Assembly: GCA_947601445.1 (NCBI GenBank)
Contig: CANQGD010000002.1
Location: 25,399-89,398 of the forward strand
DNA length: 64,000 bases
Reading direction: 5' to 3'
From: an uncultured Clostridia bacterium
GTDB taxonomy: Bacteria; Bacillota; Clostridia; Christensenellales; CAG-314
The translations under genes were made by a program, and so were the position numbers. The notes beneath the pieces are model-generated. The model worked only from the letters and a program-made list of their open reading frames with translations, had not been told where the DNA came from and searched no databases. How positions within the stretch are numbered: position 1 is the stretch's first letter; the number at the start of each line of letters is the position of its first letter. This document shows positions 55,286-64,000 of this stretch, one piece after another.

Positions 55286-56452
55286 ATGAAAAAATTTATT
55301 GCGATATTGCTTGCGATGCTGTTGGTAATTGTTTCGGCTTTTACTTTCGCGGCATGCAACGGATCGAACGGTAATGACGGAACAATCCCCGGTAAGTATG
55401 AAGACGTCAAAATCGACACTGCCGAGCAAAAGCAAGAGTTGTCTGATACGATTACTTCTAAAATAATGGCGAATTTACCCGATGATGCGAATACCGATTC
55501 CATACAGGGTTCCGACGCGGCGTTGTATATACTTTCCGAAACATTAATGGGCATTGAGCAAAAGTCGACGTTAAAATTCGACGCAAACCTTACAGTCGAT
55601 TATCAGGATATGAAATCTGAATTTAAGGGCAATGTTCAAGCCGAAGACGAGTCCAAAATTCGTTTCGGGTATTCCGAAAAGAACGGATTTGAAGTAACGG
55701 GAGCTGCCTCCGCAACGTTAAAGGGTGGATTGGAAATCCCGAGAGCATTACTTACTTCCGTTACGGGCGACGAACAAATCAGCGGTAAGATTGCGGAAAC
55801 GTTGAAAGAATTCGATGTCAGCACATCGGTATATTTGGATAAAAACAATCTATATTTTGATTTGTCTCAAAGTTTGGTAGATACTCTTTCAAATTTCGGT
55901 GTGGATTTTGGTGACGGAAAGATAAAAATCCCTGCGGATTCGGGTATCGGTGATTTTGCGCCTTTTGCAATACAAGATAGTACCGAGGAAGCGCCTTCTG
56001 CCCAAGAAATAGAATCCGAAATAAAAAGTTACGTCGAAAGCGGATTGGAACTGCTCGATCGTTACAAGATCGAGGTTGCCGTTTCCACAACCGACGGGTG
56101 GACGCTTCGTATAAAGGCAACGACGGATACAGTCAAAACAATTCTCGAAGAAGAATCCGTTCCGGAAGAAGTGCGTAGCGTTATCAATAAAGTTGCAAAA
56201 TTCAACAAGTTCGATTTCGAAGTATATATCGGCTTCGACAAGACCGATAAAATATCTCGGTTTTCCTACCGTATCGATCTGGATGTCGATGTGAATATTC
56301 AAGAGGACAGCATACCCGACTTCCCGATTGTATTGAGCGGCAAAGTTAAACTTACGACGGGCTCTAACATTCAATTGTACAGCGGCACGATAACCCTTCC
56401 CGACAATCTCGGCGAATACCAGGATGTTCGCAAATATATCATCGGATATTAA
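55286..56452 (+). CDS. Lipoprotein, unknown function
   Basis: SD AAGGAGAAAA. The signal peptide MKKFIAILLAMLLVIVSAFTFAAC carries a lipobox (FAAC). The mature part is acidic and repeat-like. Confidence 0.65.
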   Translation: MKKFIAILLAMLLVIVSAFTFAACNGSNGNDGTIPGKYEDVKIDTAEQKQELSDTITSKIMANLPDDANTDSIQGSDAALYILSETLMGIEQKSTLKFDANLTVDYQDMKSEFKGNVQAEDESKIRFGYSEKNGFEVTGAASATLKGGLEIPRALLTSVTGDEQISGKIAETLKEFDVSTSVYLDKNNLYFDLSQSLVDTLSNFGVDFGDGKIKIPADSGIGDFAPFAIQDSTEEAPSAQEIESEIKSYVESGLELLDRYKIEVAVSTTDGWTLRIKATTDTVKTILEEESVPEEVRSVINKVAKFNKFDFEVYIGFDKTDKISRFSYRIDLDVDVNIQEDSIPDFPIVLSGKVKLTTGSNIQLYSGTITLPDNLGEYQDVRKYIIGY

Positions 56453-56467
56453 AATAAACCTGTCTAT

Positions 56468-56492
56468 GCCTCTGCAAATGCAGAGGCTTTTT
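56468..56492 (+). terminator. Rho-independent terminator
   Basis: GCCTCTGCA..TGCAGAGGC followed by TTTTT. Confidence 0.75.
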
Positions 56493-56542
56493 AACGTTTC
56501 GGAGCAAACAAAACACATCTTGCGCTTTACTATTTGGGCATA

Positions 56543-57292
56543 ATGATGTACAATATGACCATGGTCAATTTGCTTGTTCACGAAAAAATCGAAGATTTGC
56601 AATGCGACGGACTGCGTATTATTCAGTCCGACGAAGAGTACCGTTTTACTACCGACGCGGTTTTGCTTGCAAATTTTTGCAGGGATATGCGCGGAAAAAC
56701 TTGCGTTGAATTGGGCGCGGGCAGCGGTGTAGTCAGTATACTTATCGCTCACAAAAAACACCCCAAGCGCGTAGTCGCCGTGGAAATTCAGCCGCAACTG
56801 TGCGATATGATGAGAAGAAGCGTCGCTTTGAACAATCAAAACGAGATAGAAGTGTATCATGCCGACTTAAAAGACGCGCTTCAAATCGTGCGTGATGTCG
56901 ATGTTGTGGTGTGCAATCCTCCGTATAGACGCGTTGGCAGCGGCGAACGGCAACTCAAAGAGAACATCGCCATTTGCCGTCATGAAATTGCCGTTACGCT
57001 TGCCGATGTAATTTCCGTCGCCGCAAAACTGTTAAACAACAAAGGCGTTTTCTATCTGGTGCATCAAGCGGAAAGAACGTGCGAAATAATCACGCTGTGT
57101 AACGACAACGGGCTGGCAGTCAAGGAAATTTTGCCCGTATGCCCTACGCCGAAGCGCGAACCGAATTTGGTGCTTGTGCGCGCAGTCAAGGGCGGAGCGT
57201 TCGATTGTCGGCTGCATTCTCCGCTGTATATCACCGACGAGCAAGGCGCATATACCGAACGCGCGTCCGCTTGGTACAACGGCAAACGGTAA
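56543..57292 (+). CDS. SAM-dependent methyltransferase, tRNA(m6A37) TrmN6/YfiC-like
   Basis: VELGAGSGVVS (motif I) and VVCNPPY (N6-adenine/Gln MTase motif IV). The start is uncertain among 56543-56561. Confidence 0.75.
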   Translation: MMYNMTMVNLLVHEKIEDLQCDGLRIIQSDEEYRFTTDAVLLANFCRDMRGKTCVELGAGSGVVSILIAHKKHPKRVVAVEIQPQLCDMMRRSVALNNQNEIEVYHADLKDALQIVRDVDVVVCNPPYRRVGSGERQLKENIAICRHEIAVTLADVISVAAKLLNNKGVFYLVHQAERTCEIITLCNDNGLAVKEILPVCPTPKREPNLVLVRAVKGGAFDCRLHSPLYITDEQGAYTERASAWYNGKR

Positions 57293-57510
57293 TTTGCAAA
57301 CCCATTCGTATAAATGGCTAAAACGTCAATTGGAAATACATCTGTATATGTCAAAGCGAATTTGCGATTGAAATTTCAGTCACGCTACGCGAAAGTATCG
57401 GCAATGTTCGCGATATGCAATAGATAATGATAGTTCTTGAATAAGCGCATGTTAAAAGTTCGTTCTGCTTGAATTTATTGGTAAGGATAGTCGAACGTTT
57501 GGAAGGGAAA

Positions 57511-58290
57511 ATGGTATTTTTTGTTGCAACACCGATAGGTAATCTCAATGAAATAACTTTTCGCGCAGTGGAAACGTTGAAAAACGTTTCCGCAATATTT
57601 TGCGAAGATACGCGTCACAGCAAGATATTGCTCGCGCATTACGGCATTTCCAAACCGCTGTACAGTTATCACAAATTCAACGAAGCCAAACAGACGGAAT
57701 TTGTTTTGTCTTTTTGCGAACGCGGCGAGGATGTGGCTGTAATAAGCGATGCCGGTATGCCCTGTATAAACGATCCGGGCAATGTGCTGATCGGCGCATT
57801 GAAAGATAAAGGGTATCCCTATACCGTGATCAGCGGACCCAGCGCATTCATAAACGCGTTCGTTTTAAGCGGGTACAAGGCTCCGTTTACCTATTACGGC
57901 TTCTTGCCCGAAAAAAAATCGGATAGAGACAAGTTATTGGACGGCAACGTCGGAGTTGCGATATTTTACCTTTCGGTACACGATTTGAAGGAAAATATGT
58001 CCTATTTGGCAAATAGATTGGGCGACAGAGAGTGTTGTCTTGTCAAGGAATTATCCAAAATGCACGAATCGGTGCGTTTTTGTCACTTGGCTGACGAGAT
58101 AGACGACGACAAAGGAGAATTTGTGTTGGTGGTAAACCGCGCAACGGAGGTCAATCCGCTGTGCGAATTGTCGGTGAGAGAACATTTGGATTATTATCTC
58201 AAAGACGGCATGAGTAAATCCGATGCGGTAAAGGCAGTCGCAAAGGATCGTAACGTACCCAAAAATCTCATTTACAAAGAAACCTTGTAG
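57511..58290 (+). CDS. rsmI: 16S rRNA (cytidine1402-2'-O)-methyltransferase
   Basis: MVFFVATPIGNLNEITFRAVETLKNVSAIFCEDTRHSKILL is the canonical RsmI N-terminus. Confidence 0.9.
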   Translation: MVFFVATPIGNLNEITFRAVETLKNVSAIFCEDTRHSKILLAHYGISKPLYSYHKFNEAKQTEFVLSFCERGEDVAVISDAGMPCINDPGNVLIGALKDKGYPYTVISGPSAFINAFVLSGYKAPFTYYGFLPEKKSDRDKLLDGNVGVAIFYLSVHDLKENMSYLANRLGDRECCLVKELSKMHESVRFCHLADEIDDDKGEFVLVVNRATEVNPLCELSVREHLDYYLKDGMSKSDAVKAVAKDRNVPKNLIYKETL

Positions 58291-58475
58291 ACACGTATTT
58301 CTCGTCGAATATTATACCGATCGAAAAATTACCTCAAAGTTGTCGGATAAACGGCATACTTTCGAGGTGATTGCCTTTTTTCAGGCGCTATCGGAAAAAA
58401 TATATAAAATTTCAAGTTTTGTGCAATAAAACGTATTCGTTGCACGTTTATATTACGTAGAGAGGAAAACAGAAG

Positions 58476-59033
58476 ATGTCTTCGGTAAAAGGTTACGCCA
58501 AATTAAACAGCCGCAAGATAGACAACGCAATTTACGGCATAGCATATGGCGAAGAAGGAGCGCTCAGAGATTTATATGATATGACCGACGTCGCGATTTA
58601 CGCATACGCGCTTACATTTACGAAAAATGTATATGATGCGCAGGATGTGATGCAGGATACTTATATCAAGGTTTACGACGCTGCGCCGAGTTATGTTTCG
58701 CAAGGCAAACCGATGTCTTGGATAATGCGCATTGTCAAAAATTTATGCTACGACAAACTGCGACAGAACGAGCGAAACGTAAACGCGGACGACAGCATTT
58801 TGGAACGGCAGCTTTTTGCTACCGATGCCGACGTTACGGATAAACTTGTGGTACTCGGCTGTCTGCAAACTTTGGATAGCGACGAGTGTAAAATTATCGT
58901 AATGCACGCGGTAGGAGGCATAAAACACAGAGAAATTGCGGCGGAACTTGATATTCCTCTCAATACGGTGCTTTCCAAATACAGGCGAGCGCTGAAAAAA
59001 ATGCAATACGTTTTAGAAGGAGGACAATCATGA
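58476..59033 (+). CDS. ECF-type RNA polymerase sigma-70 family factor
   Basis: Region 2 (DAQDVMQDTYIKVYD...WIMRIVKNLCYDKLR) and region 4 (HREIAAELDIPLNTVLSKYRRALKKM). Confidence 0.8.
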   Translation: MSSVKGYAKLNSRKIDNAIYGIAYGEEGALRDLYDMTDVAIYAYALTFTKNVYDAQDVMQDTYIKVYDAAPSYVSQGKPMSWIMRIVKNLCYDKLRQNERNVNADDSILERQLFATDADVTDKLVVLGCLQTLDSDECKIIVMHAVGGIKHREIAAELDIPLNTVLSKYRRALKKMQYVLEGGQS

Positions 59034-60478
59034 CAAACAAACAAACGGAAAATAAAATTGCGGAAAGTTTTTCCGCCGTTAAACCCGATGTGTACAATGA
59101 GGTCGCGTCGCAGTGCCCCGAACGTACAGCAGTCAGAACGCAAAAAACAACGGCATGGGGTTGGAAAATTGCTACATTTGCCCTTGCGCTGATTTTAGTG
59201 GTGGCGGTGATATTCGGCGGCGTGACGCTGGGTGGCACCAACGCGATTGCTGCAAGCGTGACTTTGGACGTAAATCCGAGCGTTGCTATCAGACTGAACA
59301 AAAATCGCCGTGTGATAAGCGTTGACGCTTTGAATCTCGACGGAAAAAAGATTATCGGCAATATGGATTTTAAGGGCGCTCAATTGGAAGTAGCCGTAAA
59401 TGCTTTGATCGGCAGTATGTTGCGCAGCAATAAACTAAGCGCCGACGCCAACTCGGTGTTGGTAAGCGTGGACGCCAATCAAAGCGAATACGACCAACTT
59501 GTAAACATTGTTTCGCAAGAAATAAACATAATTTTGCAGGAAAGTCAGATAGAAGCAAGCGTAGTTTCGCAATGGCTTCGCGAAACGGACGACGCATCGG
59601 CTTTGGCTGCCGAATACGGCATTTCCGTCGGCAAAGCACAATTGATAAACAAGATATTGCAAAGCTCCGTTCAAGGCAAATATACGGTAGAGCAGCTTGT
59701 CAGCTTGAAAATCAATGAGCTTAACCTTATTCTCGACGGACTTGACGTACCTCAAAACGAACTTTCGCAAAGCGGCACGGCAAGCGACGGCAGTTATATA
59801 GGAAAAGACGCGGCTATTGCCGCCGCGCTGAAAAGCATATCCGATGATTTGACGGAAAATGAACTGCAACGTCTCTCTTGTAAAATGGATTTCGACGACG
59901 GTTTCATGATTTACGAAGTTGAATTTGTGTACAACGGTTGGAGGTACGAAATCGAAGTAAACGCTCTGGATGGAACGATTGTCGGCATGGAAAGGGATAC
60001 AGACGATGTTCGTCCTCAACAATCGACCCTCTCTCGGGATCAAATAGAGGAAAAAGCATTGGACCTCGCAGATGTGCCTCAGGCGGATCGCGACTCCGTG
60101 AATATGACAGTGGAAGTCGACGTTGACCACGGCGTTACGGAATATGAATTGAAGTTTGCCTACAACGGCAAGTACTTCGAAATGGAAATCGATCAATACG
60201 GAATTGTTCTGTCCGCGTCGCAACGTGATATCGGCGGCACAACGCAATCCGATTTGTCGTACGATCAAATCAAGCAAAAAGTGTTGGAAGCGGTAGCAAA
60301 AGATTCGCGTTTTGCGTCAGTTACGTTATCTTCCGCACGCGAGTGGGAAATAGAAAGGGAATATAAATACGGTAAACAGGTTTACGAAGTGGAGTTCAAG
60401 TGGAACGGATACGAGTTTGACTGCGTATTGGATATTTCTACCGGCAATGTGACGTTTAAAGCTGAAATCGATGATTAA
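59030..60478 (+). CDS. Putative anti-sigma factor: single TM, RsgI-like juxtamembrane domain and three PepSY-like repeats
   Basis: It overlaps the sigma gene by 4 nt. The TM segment is IATFALALILVVAVIFGGV. VTLDVNPSVAIRLNKNRRVISVDALNLDGKKII resembles the RsgI-family extracytoplasmic segment. The pattern Y-E-(V/L)-(E/K)-F...G...YE(I/M/F)...(D/L)...G recurs three times (PepSY-like). Confidence 0.6.
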   Translation: MTNKQTENKIAESFSAVKPDVYNEVASQCPERTAVRTQKTTAWGWKIATFALALILVVAVIFGGVTLGGTNAIAASVTLDVNPSVAIRLNKNRRVISVDALNLDGKKIIGNMDFKGAQLEVAVNALIGSMLRSNKLSADANSVLVSVDANQSEYDQLVNIVSQEINIILQESQIEASVVSQWLRETDDASALAAEYGISVGKAQLINKILQSSVQGKYTVEQLVSLKINELNLILDGLDVPQNELSQSGTASDGSYIGKDAAIAAALKSISDDLTENELQRLSCKMDFDDGFMIYEVEFVYNGWRYEIEVNALDGTIVGMERDTDDVRPQQSTLSRDQIEEKALDLADVPQADRDSVNMTVEVDVDHGVTEYELKFAYNGKYFEMEIDQYGIVLSASQRDIGGTTQSDLSYDQIKQKVLEAVAKDSRFASVTLSSAREWEIEREYKYGKQVYEVEFKWNGYEFDCVLDISTGNVTFKAEIDD

Positions 60479-60491
60479 ACAACGTTGCAAA

Positions 60492-60527
60492 ACCGTCGCA
60501 AGCAATTTGCTTGCGGCGGTTTTTTTG
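60492..60527 (+). terminator. Rho-independent terminator
   Basis: CCGTCGCAAGC-AATT-GCTTGCGGCGG (one G-U pair) followed by TTTTTTT. Confidence 0.8.
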
Positions 60528-60764
60528 TCTGTTGCGGACTTTTTGCGGTTTTTGCCGAGACGTAAATTTTTGAATATTCCAAACAGCGTTGCTTGTTAAT
60601 TTTGACGCCATTGCTTTCTTCGAAAAAAATTGACAGCAAAAGTTGAGTTTGCTCTCTTTGCCGTGATACAATAAAATTACGGGTGCGGAGGGGAATGCGC
60701 GCCCTGAAATGGAAAATCCGCGGGGACTGTGTTTTTCCGATAAAATAAAGGAGAAATACGTTTT

Positions 60765-61394
60765 ATGGATTTTGAAATTTTTGCGTCGGAATTAGGCGCT
60801 TTTTTTGCCGATAGCGACGGCGCGTACTATGTTTTGTATGCAATTGCCGCTTGTCTGCTTACTCAGCTTGTCAAGAAGATTTTTATTGATAAAGCCAAAA
60901 TCGAGATACTTCACAAATTCGATTGGACGCCTTTTTTGCCCTTCATATTCGGTCTGGCGTTTGCCGTATTGGATATATTTGCGGTGCAGGGAGTGCGCAG
61001 TTTCGGTTTTTCCGTTTTGGCGCAGATCGTGTTGTCGACTTTGGCGATAGGAGCGATGTCCTCTACATGTTTTCGTGTCTTCAAATCGGTATCGGGACAA
61101 AGCCTGTCCTCATTGATGAAAAACGATGTGTTCGGGGTTTTTTACACCCAACTGTTGTATTTCGGGAATGTACGCAAGCAGATAGCGGACAAAAAAATAA
61201 CTCTCGACGACTTTATCAATCAGGTAAAGTTGCTTGTGGCAGAGGCGGAAAAGATATACAACAGCGAGGACGGAATCGACGCTAAGCGCTGTCGGCTTGC
61301 TCAACTGTTAAACGGAATCATCGATCCCGAAAGCATAGAAGCATGCATAAACGTGATAAACGAAGCGCTTTGCAGGCTGTTCGCAAAAAACTGA
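60765..61394 (+). CDS. Hypothetical membrane protein (209 aa)
   Basis: SD AAAGGAGAAA. Three hydrophobic helices are followed by a soluble helical C-terminus. Confidence 0.55.
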   Translation: MDFEIFASELGAFFADSDGAYYVLYAIAACLLTQLVKKIFIDKAKIEILHKFDWTPFLPFIFGLAFAVLDIFAVQGVRSFGFSVLAQIVLSTLAIGAMSSTCFRVFKSVSGQSLSSLMKNDVFGVFYTQLLYFGNVRKQIADKKITLDDFINQVKLLVAEAEKIYNSEDGIDAKRCRLAQLLNGIIDPESIEACINVINEALCRLFAKN

Positions 61395-61430
61395 AAAAAT
61401 CGGCTATCCCAAGCGGGATAGCCTTTTTTC
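61392..61430. terminator. Bidirectional rho-independent terminator between convergent genes
   Basis: GGCTATCCC-AAGC-GGGATAGCC, with AAAAAA upstream and TTTTTT downstream. Confidence 0.8.
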
Positions 61431-61444
61431 ATATAGCGATAGAG

Positions 61445-61954
61445 TTACAGATATGCTTTGAGATTTTCGAATTTTCCTTCTTCGTAGCGCAAAATCTGTT
61501 TTTGCAACAGCGCAACTTCGGGATTTATCTCTGTATATTCACGGATCATTCGGTACAAATCGATAATGCCGTTCAGCGTGCCTTGCAGCATTATTTTTGC
61601 AACGTGAGTAATACTTTTATCCGTCATCATCTTTGCTTTTATCCCCATGTTTGCCATTGTAATGGCAAATTTCGGAGCGGGGGTCGGATCGAAGTTTAGA
61701 TTTTCGCAGATTTCGTCCAACTGTTCAACATAGTGATCATATTGTTCTACCTGCTTGTGTAAAGTTTTGGTTACTTCTTGCTTTTCAACATAGGGCAGCA
61801 ATGTTTTTATACAACTTTGCGCCATAGTTACGTTTTTGTATAAATCACTCAACGCTTCGCGCGTTTTTTCTACGTTGCAGTTGTTTTCCGTTACGGGCGT
61901 TTGTTCGGTTTTTTCCTGCTCGGGAGAAGTTTTTTTGCCGTTAGTCGTCGTCAT
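61445..61954 (-). CDS. Hypothetical helical (four-helix-bundle-like) protein
   Basis: ATG 61954 is preceded by GGAGGAGG. 169 aa, predicted all-helical, no motif recognised. Confidence 0.5.
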   Translation of the reverse strand: MTTTNGKKTSPEQEKTEQTPVTENNCNVEKTREALSDLYKNVTMAQSCIKTLLPYVEKQEVTKTLHKQVEQYDHYVEQLDEICENLNFDPTPAPKFAITMANMGIKAKMMTDKSITHVAKIMLQGTLNGIIDLYRMIREYTEINPEVALLQKQILRYEEGKFENLKAYL

Positions 61955-62090
61955 CTTCAAACGCCTCCTCCCAACTTAGGTGCGCGTCCTCGATTTGCAG
62001 CCAATCGGGATCGAATTCGTCAAACAGACGGTTGCGGCAGGTTTCGTAATTAGCGTAGTATTCGTGATTGTTTTGTCTGCTTTTTGCCAT
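61941..62090 (-). CDS. Small acidic protein (49 aa)
   Basis: SD CAGGAGGTAA sits 5 nt before ATG 62090. The product is MAKSRQNNHEYYANYETCRNRLFDEFDPDWLQIEDAHLSWEEAFEDDDD. Its last 14 nt overlap the downstream start. Confidence 0.45.
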   Translation of the reverse strand: MAKSRQNNHEYYANYETCRNRLFDEFDPDWLQIEDAHLSWEEAFEDDDD

Positions 62091-62256
62091 AGTTACCTCC
62101 TGTGTTTGGGGGTAGTATGAGCAGTTGACGGCGAAATATACCGTTTGGATGTTTGCAGAGAAAAACTTTATTTTACGGGAATTTGTTGTCGGCTGCAACT
62201 CGGTAAAATTTCGCACAAAAAGTTTCGATTGATAAAAAACGGGATTGGGTGAAAGT

Positions 62257-63213
62257 TTAGCTATGCGTTTGCGAGTTGCGCGTCTTTTCAATAAACTCTT
62301 TCACAACTTTCTCGTACCGGGCGTTGTCCGCCATGTAACTCAATCCGTGCCCCGCACGGGGAAACGTGTGCAATTCTGCGTATCCTTTGCATGCGTCATA
62401 AATTTGCTTGCTCATTTTGCAGGGTACAATATCGTCCTCTTCGCCGTGAATGAACAAAATCGGCACGTCTGTTTGAGTGACGGCGTGAATCGCGCTTGCC
62501 GAATCCAACTTGAAATGCCCGAACACGCGCGCGGCAAAACGTATAAAAGGCAGCATCAGTTTGGGGTTGAGATGTCTTTTTTGACAGCTGTCGGCGATAA
62601 TATCGACAGGTCGAGCATAGGGGCAATCGGCGATTATGCCTTTTACATTGGACGGTAAGGGCAACTCGCTCGCCATCAGCACTGTTGCCGCACCCATAGA
62701 CACGCCTACAAGCCAAATTTCGGTTTCGGCGCCGAATCGGGCAAGGGCGTAGTTTATCCAGCACAGCAGGTCTTCTCTTTCTCGTATGCCGAATGTAATG
62801 GTGTGTCCCTGACTTTCTCCGTGAGCACGCAAATCGAGCAGCAACGAATTGAACCCGCATTTTCGCGACAGCTTGTTGCCTCCGCAAAAATCTCTTACGC
62901 TCGTGCCGCGATAACCCGGGACCTGTATTTGAAGCGGCGCGCCTTCCGCGACTTTGTAATATCTGGCGGAAAGACGCAGACCGTCGCGGGAAACAGTGTA
63001 CACTCGTTCGAACGGGACGGATTCCATTTCCGCAATCAACGCATACATTTTGTCCCTGTCGTGATCGAAGTATGGACTGTCGGGCAAGCGGTAGTGGTCT
63101 TCTTTTTTACTGTGTTTTTGGTAAAAGGGCAGGAAATAACATACAAGCGACAGCACCGCCAAGCACAGCAACAGCAAACCTAAAATTCCCAAAGTAACAT
63201 ATAGCCAAATCAT
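62257..63213 (-). CDS. Membrane-anchored alpha/beta hydrolase
   Basis: N-terminal TM helix, nucleophile elbow GVSMG, acid in HGEEDDIV and histidine in RAGHG. Confidence 0.8.
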   Translation of the reverse strand: MIWLYVTLGILGLLLLCLAVLSLVCYFLPFYQKHSKKEDHYRLPDSPYFDHDRDKMYALIAEMESVPFERVYTVSRDGLRLSARYYKVAEGAPLQIQVPGYRGTSVRDFCGGNKLSRKCGFNSLLLDLRAHGESQGHTITFGIREREDLLCWINYALARFGAETEIWLVGVSMGAATVLMASELPLPSNVKGIIADCPYARPVDIIADSCQKRHLNPKLMLPFIRFAARVFGHFKLDSASAIHAVTQTDVPILFIHGEEDDIVPCKMSKQIYDACKGYAELHTFPRAGHGLSYMADNARYEKVVKEFIEKTRNSQTHS

Positions 63214-63433
63214 ACAAACAAATTTATCTCAAAAATGCCTTTTTGTCAACCCCGCGCGCACATTCCCTCGATTTGTCTCATTTGTGTGCGGTCCAACGTT
63301 TTGCCGCAATCTCTTGTTTCAACGATTTATGCGGGTATATATGTTTTTTCTGCATTTTGTTTCGATGTATGCCAAATAATTTCAATCAAAAAGTTTGATA
63401 AACAAATCTTTACGGGAAAAAGCGGTTATTCGT

Positions 63434-63462
63434 TTGACATTTTTTTCCTTTTACTGTAATAT
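63434..63462 (+). promoter_or_regulatory. Consensus-like sigma-A promoter of the rplU operon
   Basis: TTGACA (63434-63439), 17-nt spacer, TAATAT (63457-63462). Confidence 0.6.
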
Positions 63463-63567
63463 ATATCTCAGCCGCATAAAATGGGTCGATTTTCGCAAGC
63501 GCTTTTGGGCGTGTCGCCGCAAAAGCCACCCTTATTTAGCGAGACTTGTCAGGAGGTAGAAAGAGTT
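63463..63567 (+). promoter_or_regulatory. Structured rplU 5' leader (possible L21-leader-type element)
   Basis: The strong hairpin GCTTTTG-GGCG-TGT-CGCC-G-CAAAAGC (63501-63526) lies between the promoter and the SD. Firmicutes rplU operons are known to carry an L21 leader, but I did not verify homology. Confidence 0.35.
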
Positions 63568-63876
63568 ATGTACGCAATCGTAAAAACCGGCGGAAAACAG
63601 TACAAAGTAACGGAAGGTCTTGTTTTCGAAACCGAATTGCTTGACGCCGAAGTAAATTCCGCAGTGGAACTCGAAGTTGTGTTTGCAGCAGACGGCGACA
63701 AGGTCGTGGCAGGCGCAGACGCGGCAAATTGCAAAGTGTCCGCAACGGTAGTAGAGCACGGCAAGGGAAGAAAAATCAACATCTTCACTTACAAAGCCAA
63801 AAAGAACGTTCGTCATCATCAAGGTCACAGACAGCCTTACACCAAGCTCAAAGTAAACAGCATCACTATCGGCTAA
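63568..63876 (+). CDS. rplU: 50S ribosomal protein L21
   Basis: MYAIVKTGGKQYKVTEG...HGKGRKINIFTYKAKKNVRHHQGHRQPYTKLKV. SD CAGGAGGTAG is present. Confidence 0.95.
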   Translation: MYAIVKTGGKQYKVTEGLVFETELLDAEVNSAVELEVVFAADGDKVVAGADAANCKVSATVVEHGKGRKINIFTYKAKKNVRHHQGHRQPYTKLKVNSITIG

Positions 63877-64000
63877 TGACGGATATTACGATCACACGCA
63901 AAAACAACAGTATCGTTGAGGTGACGGCAAGCGGACATACCGGCTACGGCGAAAGCGGAGAAGATATTGTATGCGCCGGCGTTTCTACCTTGATACAGTC
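63876..64000 (+). CDS. prp: Ribosomal-processing cysteine protease Prp (YsxB family); 3' end outside window
   Basis: The ATG overlaps the rplU stop (TAATG). My translation is MTDITITRKNNSIVEVTASGHTGYGESGEDIVCAGVSTLIQ, with the conserved GH...G.DIVCA motif and the usual rplU-prp-rpmA gene order. Confidence 0.8.
   Translation, partial: MTDITITRKNNSIVEVTASGHTGYGESGEDIVCAGVSTLIQ

Noticed and set aside
63235-63459. 74-aa plus-strand ORF upstream of rplU
   Set aside because: It runs through the rplU promoter, has no SD and has low-complexity hydrophobic composition.

Overview
The window looks like a chromosomal segment from a spore-forming Firmicutes/Clostridia-type bacterium (cwlD, intact sigK, Bacillus-type SD sequences, sigma-A TTGACA-17-TATAAT promoters). 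It is mostly housekeeping. Central carbon genes are ppdK, fba and gap. An alpha-glucan cluster runs GH31, EamA transporter, then tightly coupled malQ-glgB-glgP-GH13, followed by two YitT genes. Other core genes include pdp, purC, nrdR, pepT, rsmI, rplU-prp, a ClC channel, split chrA, ferritin, tRNA-Val(CAC) and tmRNA. An ECF sigma/anti-sigma pair and a Y-family polymerase/YolD pair are also present. I found no CRISPR array, integrase, transposase, recognisable defence system or biosynthetic cluster. Six things deserve a second look: (1) a structured about 190-nt leader with mutually exclusive terminator/antiterminator helices upstream of an uncharacterised membrane protein; (2) a 19-nt duplication of the tRNA-Val 3' end followed by an accessory stretch with a compositionally foreign COG1373/DUF4143 ATPase and an ORF-poor gap; (3) two paralogous hairpins with compensatory substitutions beside ssrA; (4) an AT-rich islet of three orphan genes; (5) an 83-aa Cys/Gly-rich membrane peptide behind a sigma-K-like promoter; (6) a near-perfect palindrome inside the malQ promoter spacer. 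All functional calls rest on remembered family motifs, since no searches were run.
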